From: an uncultured Gammaproteobacteria bacterium
GTDB taxonomy: Bacteria > Patescibacteriota > Microgenomatia > Levybacterales > GWA1-39-11
Length of the DNA: 64,000 nucleotides
Direction: 5' to 3'
Assembly (NCBI GenBank): GCA_964409875.1
Contig: CAYPEN010000005.1
Coordinates: forward strand, 11,569 to 75,568
Position 1 is the stretch's first letter. Each line of letters begins with the position of its first letter. Below the pieces are notes generated by a model. The model was given only the letters and a program-made list of their open reading frames with translations, was not told where the DNA came from and ran no database searches. Positions 50,614-59,673 of this stretch are shown here, in pieces. The translations under genes were made by a program, and so were the position numbers.

Positions 50614-52471
50614 GGCCGCCGGCATCGCCATCGCGGCGATTGCAGTTCTCGTGCTCTGGTCGTGGCTGGCCGGCTGTATGTTCATGCTGGTCAATAAAAC
50701 CAAGCCCATCGGTGTGCTTCCGCAAACTTTCTGGACGTATGTATATCACTACCATGCAGAAAGGCAGGTCATGGGCCAGCTCGCTATTGCTGCCGGCGTT
50801 CCGCTGGTGGTCGCGTTTTTTGGGATCGCCGGGCTTCTCCAGAAAAAACGCTCACTGCACGGTGAGGCGCGTTTTGCCAATCGCCGCGAAATTACTCAAT
50901 CCGGCCTGCTGGCATCGAAGGGAATAATCGTTGGCACCCACGGCAACCGCTTTTTAACTTCGGATGGTCCTTTCCACGTACTGCTCGCCGCTCCTACACG
51001 CAGCGGCAAAGGCGTCGGCGTGGTTATCCCGAATTTATTGAGCTGGGCTGATTCAGTCGTCGTCCTGGACATAAAGCAGGAAAACTGGGATCTGACAGCC
51101 GGCTTCCGCCAGCAACACGGCCAACAATGTTTCTTGTTCAACCCAGCCGCGCGCGATTACCGCACGCACCGCTGGAATCCGCTCGCGTATGTCTCTACCG
51201 ACGAGCATTTCCGTGTTGATGATCTGCAAAAAATCGGATCGATGCTGTGGTCCGAAACGCAGGGTAACGAAGGCTTTTGGGATCAACTGGCCGGCTCATT
51301 ATTTCTCGGCATTTCGCTCCTGGTGATGGATAGCCCGGAGCTGCCGTTCACGCTCGGCGAGTGTCTGCGCCAGTCGATGAAGCCCAACCTGCAGAAACGA
51401 TTCATGAAAATCATCGCGCAGCGTCGCAAAGAGGGTAAACCGCTGCCGTCGCAATGCGTGAATGCGCTCACAGCCTTTGCAGGGCGATCGGAAAATACCA
51501 CGGCGTCGATCCTTTCGACGTACCAAGCGAAATTGAATATCTGGTTGAACCCGGTAGTCGATGCCGCCACGTCGGCCAACGATTTCGATTTGCGCGAGCT
51601 GCGCCGCAGTCCGATGTCGATTTATCTCGGCATAACGCCGGATAACCTGGCGCGTTTGGCCCCGGTGGTAAATCTGTTCTTTCAGCAGGTCATCGATCTA
51701 CAGATGCGCAAGCTGCCGCAGCAAGACCCGACCTTGAAACATCAGGTCTTAATGCTGATGGACGAATTCACCGCGATGGGCAAGGTCGGAATTCTCGCCG
51801 AAAGCATTGCCTATGTGGCGGGCTATGGGCTGCGCTTGCTCCCGATCGTGCAGAGCACGTCGCAGCTTGTAGAGCGTTACGGTCAACATCAATCTGAAAA
51901 CTTCATCGAAAATCACGCGGTGCGAATTGTGTTCGCCCCCGAGTCAATCAAGATCGCGAAGGAACTGAGCGAAACGCTCGGCTATGAGACCGTGAAAAGC
52001 ACCAATATCAGCAAGCAAAAGGGTCTGCGAGCAAAAGTCGGTCTGCACAATGAAAGCGAGAGTGATCAGCGCAGGGCATTACTGCTACCGCAGGAGCTAA
52101 TGACGCTCGGCTCAAAGAAGGAAATTGTGTTTCATCGCGGCACCAAACCTATTCTGGCGGATAAGGTTATTTACTACAAAAGCAGTGTTTTTAAAGATCG
52201 TATTTGTACCGCGCCTTCGGTGCCTAAACTGGTCTTACTGACAGAGCATCTTACCCAGGATGCCTATGCCATCGACGATCAAGCAGAGCAATCAGCCGGC
52301 CGCGATTTCTCCATTACCGATTTGCCAAACGTTGACAGCATTTCGCTGGATCAATTCAGTTGCGATTTTAGCGACATTGAAATCCCCAATGACCCGATCA
52401 GCGATGCCGACGTGGCAAAGCTGGCGGATGCCTTTTTTGATCGCATCACCAATAGCACGGAGACAGCATGA
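50579..52471 (+). CDS. virD4: VirD4/TraG type IV coupling protein
   Basis: 630 aa. Two N-terminal TM helices, Walker A LAAPTRSGKGVGVVIPN and the TraG/VirD4 family pattern. Confidence 0.9.
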   Translation: MIQHLKESTWIKAAGIAIAAIAVLVLWSWLAGCMFMLVNKTKPIGVLPQTFWTYVYHYHAERQVMGQLAIAAGVPLVVAFFGIAGLLQKKRSLHGEARFANRREITQSGLLASKGIIVGTHGNRFLTSDGPFHVLLAAPTRSGKGVGVVIPNLLSWADSVVVLDIKQENWDLTAGFRQQHGQQCFLFNPAARDYRTHRWNPLAYVSTDEHFRVDDLQKIGSMLWSETQGNEGFWDQLAGSLFLGISLLVMDSPELPFTLGECLRQSMKPNLQKRFMKIIAQRRKEGKPLPSQCVNALTAFAGRSENTTASILSTYQAKLNIWLNPVVDAATSANDFDLRELRRSPMSIYLGITPDNLARLAPVVNLFFQQVIDLQMRKLPQQDPTLKHQVLMLMDEFTAMGKVGILAESIAYVAGYGLRLLPIVQSTSQLVERYGQHQSENFIENHAVRIVFAPESIKIAKELSETLGYETVKSTNISKQKGLRAKVGLHNESESDQRRALLLPQELMTLGSKKEIVFHRGTKPILADKVIYYKSSVFKDRICTAPSVPKLVLLTEHLTQDAYAIDDQAEQSAGRDFSITDLPNVDSISLDQFSCDFSDIEIPNDPISDADVAKLADAFFDRITNSTETA

Positions 52472-53661
52472 TGAGCACTGTAGAAAAGGAGTTAAAGGCC
52501 GGTGGAACAGACCGCGAGGAGTTGCCTGCCGCTGGCAGCTCGCGTCCGCGCAGCGACGACGGACACGAGCGCGGTTTTCGCATCAACAACATTGCGGCTG
52601 ACGCCATAGCGGTGCGGCGCAGCGAAAACGCCAGGGGCGATCTGCAATTTGATGTGGAATTCGCGCAGCAAGGTAAATCGCTGGGTCGCTTGAGCAATTT
52701 GAGTCTTGACGATTTGGAAACCGCAGTGGGCGAAAAGAACACGAGGGCAGCCATTGAGGGTAAGTCCGAAATAACCCTAAAGGGCGATCAACTGGCGCCT
52801 TATGACGGCCTCACGCCAAAGGAACAGGATCGCCAAATTATCGAAAAGGAAACGCGCAAGAGCGCGGACTTCTCAATTGACCAGCGCAGCGCGCGCGCAA
52901 ATGAAATTCCGCTAACGATTCCCAGCGCGGGCGATATGGAATTCGATAGGAAAAACCCGAACGCCATCGAAAATGCGAATCCACCCAAACGCCAAGGCCA
53001 GCAAATCGAAAATGAGGACATATTGCCGCATCTGCGCGAGAAGGCGCCGCGCCCGGTGCCTCCCGCCATCGCTGAGAAATACACACAGGACGGACAGCGC
53101 TATTACGATCGATCGTCAGAGCTGAAGACCCCGGCCTTCACGGATCGCGGCGACAAGTTCAGCACGGCGCGACACGACTCCCAGGTTGCCAGCGATATGG
53201 TTGAAATGGCGCGCGCGCGCGGCTGGGAGCAGATCGAACTCAAGGGTGATGAAGAGTTTCGACGCGCGGCATGGATTGCTGCTGAAGCTAAAGGCATCCA
53301 GACCAAAGGCTACACACCCACCGAAAAGGAAATAGAGGTCGCCGCCAATAAGCGATCAACCATTGAAGCTGTTGAAACCACCAACATAACGCGGGATGGT
53401 GAATTGCCGGCGGATTTGCGCGAACGCGCCAAAACAGACCCCGAGGCACTTAAGGCAGTGGGAATACGGCAGCTGGCAAAGGAAGTCGCCAATCATTTAC
53501 TCGCCGATCGTGTTTTGCGAGAGCGGTTTGAGCGCACCGTCGAGCATCGACTGGAAGAACATCTGAAGGGCAATCGCCCGCTGCCCAGCTTGAAGCTGCG
53601 CGACGATCGCGAGAAGGAACGGGGCGATGACGACCTGCGAGAGCAGTCGGTGGGCCGGTAG
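52468..53661 (+). CDS. Conjugation-associated protein with LPD7-like domain
   Basis: 397 aa. ...FSTARHDSQVASDMVEMARARGWEQIELKGDEEFRRAAWIAAEAKGI... resembles large-polyvalent-protein domain 7, which is frequently encoded right after traG/virD4. Overlaps the virD4 stop. Confidence 0.35.
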   Translation: MMSTVEKELKAGGTDREELPAAGSSRPRSDDGHERGFRINNIAADAIAVRRSENARGDLQFDVEFAQQGKSLGRLSNLSLDDLETAVGEKNTRAAIEGKSEITLKGDQLAPYDGLTPKEQDRQIIEKETRKSADFSIDQRSARANEIPLTIPSAGDMEFDRKNPNAIENANPPKRQGQQIENEDILPHLREKAPRPVPPAIAEKYTQDGQRYYDRSSELKTPAFTDRGDKFSTARHDSQVASDMVEMARARGWEQIELKGDEEFRRAAWIAAEAKGIQTKGYTPTEKEIEVAANKRSTIEAVETTNITRDGELPADLRERAKTDPEALKAVGIRQLAKEVANHLLADRVLRERFERTVEHRLEEHLKGNRPLPSLKLRDDREKERGDDDLREQSVGR

Positions 53662-53728
53662 TTGGACGCGTAAACGATTCGAGTAATTCCCTTACTGACA
53701 AGTCCTAAAGGGACTTTAGGAGAGCACC

Positions 53729-54028
53729 ATGAAGCAGCAATTAATTGTAGTCAGCCTGTGTGTGGGCTTCATTGCATCCTCCGGCGCATTGGCGAAGGAG
53801 GCTTGCAGTACCGAGTTGTGCCTGGGCGGAATGTTGTTGACCGGCGAGCAGGCGGACAACTGCAAAGGCCCGATAAAGGACTTCTTCGAAATCGTGAAAT
53901 TCAAGAACGGCCACCCAAGCCCCTCCAGAACCTTGAACGCCAGAAAATCCTTTCTCAATAGCTGCCCGAGCGGGGACGACAACAAGAAAACGGAGATTCT
54001 CGCGAAGTTCGGGAAGGTGTTTCTTTAA
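53729..54028 (+). CDS. Small secreted cysteine-containing protein
   Basis: 99 aa, signal peptide, 5 Cys. Local GC is lower than the backbone. Confidence 0.35.
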   Translation: MKQQLIVVSLCVGFIASSGALAKEACSTELCLGGMLLTGEQADNCKGPIKDFFEIVKFKNGHPSPSRTLNARKSFLNSCPSGDDNKKTEILAKFGKVFL

Positions 54029-54116
54029 GCAGCGAATGCGCGACGACACCACTACCTTCCACAGTGGTGTCTATTGCATACACGCATTACAGGAATCGAG
54101 CAGATAAGGAGTTCAT

Positions 54117-54341
54117 ATGCTCATTTTGACGCGCCACATCGGCAGCAGTTTGTTCATTGGTGATGATATTAAAGTGATGGTTCTCAACATCAGTGGAAAC
54201 CAGGTCCGTATCGGAATCGACGCACCCAGGAATATTGCAGTACACCGTGAGGAGATTCACGACCGCATTCAGTTAGCGCACGAAAGCGACGGCAAGCGGC
54301 CTAAGCTCCACCGCGCCAAGCCACCCATCGAAAAGGAATGA
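54117..54341 (+). CDS. csrA: CsrA/RsmA-family post-transcriptional regulator (plasmid-encoded)
   Basis: [51 protein letters not shown] aligns residue-for-residue with canonical CsrA ([48 protein letters not shown]). Confidence 0.85.
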   Translation: MLILTRHIGSSLFIGDDIKVMVLNISGNQVRIGIDAPRNIAVHREEIHDRIQLAHESDGKRPKLHRAKPPIEKE

Positions 54342-54345
54342 GGTC

Positions 54346-55020
54346 ATGAATGCACGGACATATATCGGAATTCTCACCGCGCTGATTGTCGTTGGCTGCA
54401 CCACAACCGACCCGAAAACCGGCGAGAACAAAACCTCGAATACCGCAAAGGGCGCTGGCATTGGCGCCGTCGCTGGCGCCGTGATCGGATCTGCAGTAAA
54501 TCACGATAACCGCGCCCAAGGGGCTGCGATCGGGGCGGCCCTTGGCGGTGGCGCCGGCGCCGCCGTCGGCTACCGCAAGGACAAGCAAGAGGCAGAACTC
54601 AGGGAGAAGCTGAAAAACAGCAGTATCGAAGTTCAGCAGGGGGGCGATGCGATAAAAGTTGTGATGCCTGGTAGCGTCAGCTTCGATGCCGACAGCGCAA
54701 AACTGCGGCCCAATTTTCAGGACAAACTCGCAAAGATTTCCGAGTCCCTGAATCAATACCCGGATACAACAATATTTATTGCTGGGCACACCGATAACAA
54801 GGGGCCTGAGCCGTTCAATAAAAAGCTATCCCTCGATCGCGCCAACAGCGTTGCAACCTATCTCGTCGCGCAGGGCATCGACAGCAAGCGCATCAAGACG
54901 GCCGGCTTTGGCTCCAGCGTACCGATCGGTGACAATGCCACCAACATGGGGCGGGCCAAGAATCGCCGTGTCGAGATCAAGATTGTCGCGCCGGCGCCGG
55001 CAACCGCATCGTCCAACTAA
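54346..55020 (+). CDS. OmpA-family lipoprotein with glycine-zipper segment
   Basis: Lipobox VVGC. Gly-zipper GAGIGAVAGAVIGSAV...GAAIGAALGGGAGAAVG. C-terminal OmpA-like peptidoglycan-binding motif (FIAGHTDNKG...NRRVEI). Confidence 0.75.
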   Translation: MNARTYIGILTALIVVGCTTTDPKTGENKTSNTAKGAGIGAVAGAVIGSAVNHDNRAQGAAIGAALGGGAGAAVGYRKDKQEAELREKLKNSSIEVQQGGDAIKVVMPGSVSFDADSAKLRPNFQDKLAKISESLNQYPDTTIFIAGHTDNKGPEPFNKKLSLDRANSVATYLVAQGIDSKRIKTAGFGSSVPIGDNATNMGRAKNRRVEIKIVAPAPATASSN

Positions 55021-55090
55021 GGCGCGTTTTCCGCATGCAGCATACGGCCGCTACGGCGGCCGTAGTTTATTTGAGAATTGGCGAACGAAG

Positions 55091-55567
55091 ATGAAGAAAA
55101 TTAGATATGTTTCTGTGTGCGTGATGTTGTTGATTGCATGTGCCGCGCATGCCGATTTTTCCGGCATCGTGGTGGGCGTGCTCGATGGCGACACTGTAGA
55201 TGTTTTGGTGGATCGCAAGCCGGTGCGCGTGCGCCTGGCCGAAATTGACGCGCCCGAGAAGGCCCAGCCATTTGGCACGAAGTCTCGCCAAGCGCTGGCC
55301 TCTTCGGTTTTTCAGCAGATGGTAACGGTGAAGACCACTGGCACTGATCGCTACGGCCGCACCATAGGCACACTTTGGCTGAAGGACAGGAACATCAATA
55401 AAATGATGGTCACGCAAGGTATGGCATGGGCGTATCGGAAATACCTTTCCGATCAGTCGCTACTCGCTGCAGAAGCCACAGCGCGAGGCGAGGGGTTGGG
55501 GCTATGGGCTGACCCACATGCAGTTCCGCCGTGGGAATGGCGAGCGGAAAAGCGGCAACGGCAATAG
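55091..55567 (+). CDS. nuc: Secreted thermonuclease (SNase-family) protein
   Basis: Signal peptide, then VVGVLDGDTVDV...VRLAEIDAPE...RYGRTIGTLW, the SNase catalytic pattern. Comparable to nuc/parB nucleases of conjugative plasmids. Confidence 0.75.
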   Translation: MKKIRYVSVCVMLLIACAAHADFSGIVVGVLDGDTVDVLVDRKPVRVRLAEIDAPEKAQPFGTKSRQALASSVFQQMVTVKTTGTDRYGRTIGTLWLKDRNINKMMVTQGMAWAYRKYLSDQSLLAAEATARGEGLGLWADPHAVPPWEWRAEKRQRQ

Positions 55568-55955
55568 CTGTTGGCGATTCCGTTCACGAACACGCTACGG
55601 ATTACATCGGACCACGGGCCCGCTTTTCGGCCATTGCGGCCGCTCAAGCAACTTCGTTTGATGCAATGAGTGACAGCTTTACAGCGCTTTTATTTACGAT
55701 GAAAAAGCGGACGCGAACACTAACTCAAGCGGCATGTAGCACTATTCCACCCTGAATGAGTAGAGAGGTTCATTCAGGTGAGCACTTTTCCGCAAGGCTC
55801 ATCGCAAAATGTAAAACAGGCTAATTGAACGTGCGATTTAACAGCGACGATCAAATGGCCTGCTCCTTCAGCAGCAGCCCAACATCGCTATCCACTTGCC
55901 GATTGGAACGCGCCGCCATAAGATAGTAATCAATTACTACCTTGTGGTGCGCATC

Positions 55956-56564
55956 ATGCGAGATTCTGGCAAAAACCTCCCGGCCGATGAACGGCGGGCT
56001 GTCACCGTGGCGGCAGTGATCGAGCTGGCTGGCGAGCTGAATCCCGGTGACATCACTACGGCCGCTATCGCCAAGCGCATGCACGTCACTCAGGGCGCGC
56101 TATTTCGGCATTTCACGAATAAAGAGGCCATATGGTCGTCCGTCATGGAGTGGGTGGCCGATCATTTGCTCTCGCGTATGGAGCGAGCCGCTGAGTCTGC
56201 CAGCTCACCACTGGGGGCGCTTGAGGCGATGTTTATGACGCATATCGAATTCGTTGTCAGTCACCCCGGCGTTCCACGCATTTTGTTCGGAGAGTTGCAG
56301 CGTGCCGAAGACTCTCCTGCCAAGCGCATGACGCAAACACTGATTCGCCGTTACAGCGAGCGATTACAGCGTTTGATCGAACAGGGTAAGGCGCAGGGTG
56401 AGTGCGATGCCGCGCTCGATACAAGCGCGGCGGCGATGTTGTTTATTGGTGCAGTTCAAGGGTTGGTCATGCAGTCCCTGCTGGCAGGTGACGTTGATCA
56501 AATGCGTCGTGCCGCACCGGGTGCCTTCGCGATTTATGGCCGCGGTATCCGGAGCATTCAATGA
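55956..56564 (+). CDS. TetR-family regulator of the downstream ABC efflux genes
   Basis: HTH ITTAAIAKRMHVTQGALFRHFTNKEAIW. Its stop overlaps the start of the adaptor gene. Confidence 0.7.
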   Translation: MRDSGKNLPADERRAVTVAAVIELAGELNPGDITTAAIAKRMHVTQGALFRHFTNKEAIWSSVMEWVADHLLSRMERAAESASSPLGALEAMFMTHIEFVVSHPGVPRILFGELQRAEDSPAKRMTQTLIRRYSERLQRLIEQGKAQGECDAALDTSAAAMLFIGAVQGLVMQSLLAGDVDQMRRAAPGAFAIYGRGIRSIQ

Positions 56565-57754
56565 AACTGCCCGCCTTCAAAAGTCGCACGGCGGCGCTGT
56601 TGGCAGTGCTGGTTCCGCTTCTGGGTGTGTTCGTTTACGTATTGCTGCGCTCGGGACCGCTGGCGCCGATTCCGGTCACGGTCGCTAACGTCGAAAAGCG
56701 CTCGATTGCCCCGGCGTTATTCGGTATCGGTACCGTTGCGGCGCGTTACACATACAAGATCGGCCCTACGGTCGCCGGCCGGGTTCAGCGCGTCGACGTG
56801 GACGTCGGCGATGAGGTGCGTGCAGGCCAGATGCTCGGTGAAATTGAGCCGGTGGATTTGGATCAGCGCATCCTGGCGCAGGCGGCGGCAGTGCGGCGTG
56901 CCGATTCTTCGTTGCTGGTGGCACAGGCGCAATTGCGCGACGCCAGCGCACGCTGGTCCTTCGCCGACACGCAGGCGCAACGTTATGAAAAGCTGCTGCA
57001 GGCGCGCTCGGTCAGCGACGAGGCGGTGGCGATGAAGCGACAGGAGTTGCGAGTGGCAGAGGCGGTATTGGCATCAGCCCGCGCCGGGCTGGAGGTTGCT
57101 CGCCAGGAGCGAGTGCGCAATGAAGCCGACAGTGCCGGCCTGATTGAGCAGCGCAGCAACCTGCGCCTGGTTGCACCGGTGGATGGTCTGGTGGTCGCGC
57201 GCAATGCAGACCCCGGTACCACGGTGGTTGCCGGTCAGTCTGTCGTGGAGATTATCGATCCCGCCGCGTTGTGGATTGATGTCCGGTTTGACCAGCTCAG
57301 CGCGGGTGGTTTACGCGCGGGATTGCCGGCCCAAATCCAGTTGCGTTCGCGCACAGGACAGCAACAACGGGCTCACGTGTTACGTGTCGAACCACTGGCC
57401 GACGCGGTGACCGAGGAAACCCTGGCCAAGGTGGTATTCGATACCCTGCCGGAAATATTGCCGCCGCTCGGCGAACTGGCCGAAGTCACGGTGGCGTTGC
57501 CGGCATTGCCTGCCGCACCGGTGGTGCCCAATGCCGCCATAAGGCGGGTCGATGGCCAGTTGGGTGTGTGGCTGCTCGACGATGGCGATCTGCGGTTTGC
57601 GCCGATCAAGATCGGTGCGACCGACCTGGATGGCGGCGTGCAGGCTCGTGAAGGTTTGACTGCGGGTGATCAGGTGGTGGTGCATAGCCGGCGCCCGCTC
57701 AGCGCCCGCAGCCGCATCAAAGTTGTCGAGGGCGGATCCGGAGTCGCGCTGTGA
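56561..57754 (+). CDS. HlyD/MacA-family periplasmic adaptor
   Basis: 397 aa. N-terminal TM, coiled-coil hairpin, beta-barrel adaptor domains. Confidence 0.8.
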   Translation: MKLPAFKSRTAALLAVLVPLLGVFVYVLLRSGPLAPIPVTVANVEKRSIAPALFGIGTVAARYTYKIGPTVAGRVQRVDVDVGDEVRAGQMLGEIEPVDLDQRILAQAAAVRRADSSLLVAQAQLRDASARWSFADTQAQRYEKLLQARSVSDEAVAMKRQELRVAEAVLASARAGLEVARQERVRNEADSAGLIEQRSNLRLVAPVDGLVVARNADPGTTVVAGQSVVEIIDPAALWIDVRFDQLSAGGLRAGLPAQIQLRSRTGQQQRAHVLRVEPLADAVTEETLAKVVFDTLPEILPPLGELAEVTVALPALPAAPVVPNAAIRRVDGQLGVWLLDDGDLRFAPIKIGATDLDGGVQAREGLTAGDQVVVHSRRPLSARSRIKVVEGGSGVAL

Positions 57755-58953
57755 TCAGCCTGGCCGGCAGGGACATCCTGCACAGCTGGGGCAAGTTTGT
57801 GTTTACCGGCGTGGGGCTCGGACTTCTGATCGGCGTGACCCTGAGCATGGCGGGCGTCTATCGCGGCATGGTTGATGATGCGTGGTCGCTGCTCGACAAC
57901 AGTGGCGCCGATCTGTGGGTGGTGCAGAAAGACACGCTGGGTCCCTATGCGGAATCGTCCAGTCTTTATGACGATGTGTATCGCAGCATTCGCGTGATGC
58001 CGGGGGTCGCCAGCGCCGCCAACGTGACCTATCTCACCATGCAGGTAGTGCAGGGTGGGCGCGATGTGCGTGCGATGGTGGTGGGCGTGGTTCCCGGCGG
58101 CCCCGGTGAGCCAGGGCAACCCGGCTATCTGGTGGCGGGGCGCCATATGACCCGGGGCCACTATGAAGCGGTAGCCGATACGGCAGCGGGTTTTAAACTC
58201 GATGAAATCATCGAGATTCGCCGCAATCGCTATCGCGTGGTCGGCCTGACCCGGCACACGGTTTCGTCGGCCGGCGATCCAATGATCTTTATTCCGCTCA
58301 AGGACGCGCAGGAAGCACAGTTTCTGAAAGATAACGACGCCATTCTTCAGCAGCGCCGGCGCACCAGCGAAAATCCTGCGTTTGATCGCCCCGGCGTTCC
58401 GGGATTGCTGGATTCGATCATTACCTCGCAAAGCACGAATACTTACGTAAACGCGGTGCTGGTGGTGATCAAGCCCGGTTATGCCCCGGAGGAAGTCGCC
58501 GAACCCATTCGCCGCTGGAAGCGGCTGCAGGTCTACACCCGCACCCAGATGGAATCGATTCTAATCGGCAAGTTGATCGCTACATCGGCTAAACAAATCG
58601 GCATGTTTCTGATAATTCTGGCTACCGTCAGTGCGGCCATCGTCGCCTTTATTATTTACACGCTAACGCTGGGGAAAATCCGCGAAATCGCTGTGCTCAA
58701 ACTGATAGGAACCAAAAACAGAACCATCGCCGGCATGATCATGCAGCAGTCGCTGGGCCTGGGCCTGATCGGATTTATCGTCGGGAAAATTGCGGCAACG
58801 TTATGGGTACCGATCTTTCCAAAATATGTATTGCTGCTGCCCGGCGATGCTGCGCGCGGCTTCTTCGCCGTGATGCTGATCTGTGTGCTTGCCAGCCTGG
58901 TGGCCATTCGTGCGGCGCTGAAAGTAGACCCGGCGGAGGCGATCGGTGGCTGA
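57751..58953 (+). CDS. ABC transporter permease (FtsX/MacB-type)
   Basis: 400 aa. N-terminal TM, large periplasmic domain, and a C-terminal 3-TM FtsX-like segment. Confidence 0.75.
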   Translation: MISLAGRDILHSWGKFVFTGVGLGLLIGVTLSMAGVYRGMVDDAWSLLDNSGADLWVVQKDTLGPYAESSSLYDDVYRSIRVMPGVASAANVTYLTMQVVQGGRDVRAMVVGVVPGGPGEPGQPGYLVAGRHMTRGHYEAVADTAAGFKLDEIIEIRRNRYRVVGLTRHTVSSAGDPMIFIPLKDAQEAQFLKDNDAILQQRRRTSENPAFDRPGVPGLLDSIITSQSTNTYVNAVLVVIKPGYAPEEVAEPIRRWKRLQVYTRTQMESILIGKLIATSAKQIGMFLIILATVSAAIVAFIIYTLTLGKIREIAVLKLIGTKNRTIAGMIMQQSLGLGLIGFIVGKIAATLWVPIFPKYVLLLPGDAARGFFAVMLICVLASLVAIRAALKVDPAEAIGG

Positions 58954-59659
58954 TTTGCAGCGGGGAATATTGATCGAAGGCGTGCGCAAGCGCTATGGCG
59001 AAGGCGACACGGCTGTCGATGCATTGAAGCATGTCGATATGGAGGTGGCACCCGGCGAGGTCGTCGGCTTGATCGGTCCGTCTGGCTCGGGCAAGAGCAC
59101 GCTGCTGAAATGTCTGGGGGCTGTTACCGAACCCAGCGCCGGCCGGATGACGGTCGGCGGCGAAATTATTTACGACAACGGCTGGAAAATTTCGGATCTG
59201 CGCGCGCTACGCCGGGACAAAATTGGTTTCGTGTTTCAGGCGCCGTATTTAATTCCGTTTCTTGATGTCACCGACAATGTGGCTTTGCTGCCGATGCTCG
59301 CCGGAGTATCCAACGCGGAAGCGCGCAAGCGTGCTTTGGAGTTATTGAGCGCGCTGGATGTTGCGCACCGCGCCAACGCCATGCCCACACAGCTATCCGG
59401 CGGCGAGCAGCAGCGTGTTTCGATTGCGCGCGCATTGGTTAATCGTCCTCCCGTGATTCTCGCCGATGAGCCAACGGCACCGCTGGACAGCGAACGGGCG
59501 CTGGCGGTTATTCGCCTTCTAAATCAGATGGCGCAGCAGTATTCCACGGCCATCATCGTGGTGACGCACGATGAAAAAATTATTCCCACGTTTAAACGCA
59601 TTTATCAAATACGCGATGGCAGGACGAGTGAGGAGGCCGGTGAGGGTCGCGGATTTTAA
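58946..59659 (+). CDS. ABC transporter ATP-binding protein (MacB/LolD-like)
   Basis: Walker [10 protein letters not shown], signature [15 protein letters not shown] and Walker B ILADEPT. Confidence 0.9.
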   Translation: MADLQRGILIEGVRKRYGEGDTAVDALKHVDMEVAPGEVVGLIGPSGSGKSTLLKCLGAVTEPSAGRMTVGGEIIYDNGWKISDLRALRRDKIGFVFQAPYLIPFLDVTDNVALLPMLAGVSNAEARKRALELLSALDVAHRANAMPTQLSGGEQQRVSIARALVNRPPVILADEPTAPLDSERALAVIRLLNQMAQQYSTAIIVVTHDEKIIPTFKRIYQIRDGRTSEEAGEGRGF

Positions 59660-59673
59660 TAGTTATGTTGAGC

